Source: Polymyxa betae A26-41
Lineage: Eukaryota; Protista; Endomyxa: Phytomyxea
DNA: 64,000 nt
NCBI GenBank assembly: GCA_003693705.1
Contig: RBZT01000215.1
Location: forward strand, 1 to 64,000
Direction: 5' to 3'
Shown: positions 63,772 to 64,000 of the stretch, piece by piece
How positions within the stretch are numbered: position 1 is the stretch's first letter
How the letters are laid out: every line of letters begins with the position of its first letter
Translations under genes and position numbers: made by a program
The notes under the pieces: model-generated
Told to the model about the DNA's origin: nothing
Databases searched by the model: none
The model's input: the letters and a program-made list of their open reading frames with translations, nothing else

Positions 63772-64000
63772 TTACGATCGATCTGAAGTACGGCAGTGAA
63801 AAGTCTCGGCATTGACAGATAAAAGACGACAAGCAAATTGTCGAGGTCGTCGATATAAATGCTCTTATGTTAATACAAATTCAACGAGAGAAAGCTGAGC
63901 AGGCGCTCGTCATGTTCTGGATAAATACACTTTATACATATAGGACGAATAATTTACAGAAGATGGGAGTTAGCAGCAGCCTTAGCAAACAGCGCTTGCT

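Noticed and set aside
1-64000. Alternative genetic code or stop-codon readthrough
   Set aside because: ORF breaks in conserved genes are explained by short introns; TAA, TAG and TGA all serve as terminal stops

Overview
Eukaryotic, gene-dense nuclear DNA with many short (~35-60 nt) spliceosomal introns and very short intergenic spacers. Flagellar genes (IFT172, TPGS2) and TTT(T)AGGG motifs fit a zoosporic protist, possibly a plasmodiophorid (Phytomyxea); that taxon call is inference only. About 25 genes can be supported: UBL-TM protein, AT-hook coiled-coil protein, SLC35/TPT transporter, IFT172, DCP2, a degenerate double-AAA ATPase, TPGS2, a double telobox-like Myb protein, TRAP1, a tetraspanin-like protein, a large kinase/pseudo-DSP fusion, a BET bromodomain protein, GUF1, RasGEF, a WW-DH-PH-FYVE-DH-PH-WW RhoGEF, an EF-hand Na/Ca exchanger, DPP5-type S9 peptidase, two PAN/apple surface proteins, a Snf2/Brahma ATPase, PrpB-type methylisocitrate lyase and a TPR protein. 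A gene-poor island at ~49.3-57.2 kb holds the PAN paralogs, a mariner remnant and pseudogenes. The most striking unexplained signals are: (1) tandem telomere-type repeats inside tiny introns of GC-rich genes, conserved between paralogs, with a candidate double-Myb telobox reader encoded in the same window; (2) a GPI-anchored versus secreted PAN/apple pair plus an orphan stalk fragment; (3) sharp in-frame GC mosaicism; (4) a 3x80-nt hairpin tandem array. Exon boundaries were read by eye and are approximate.
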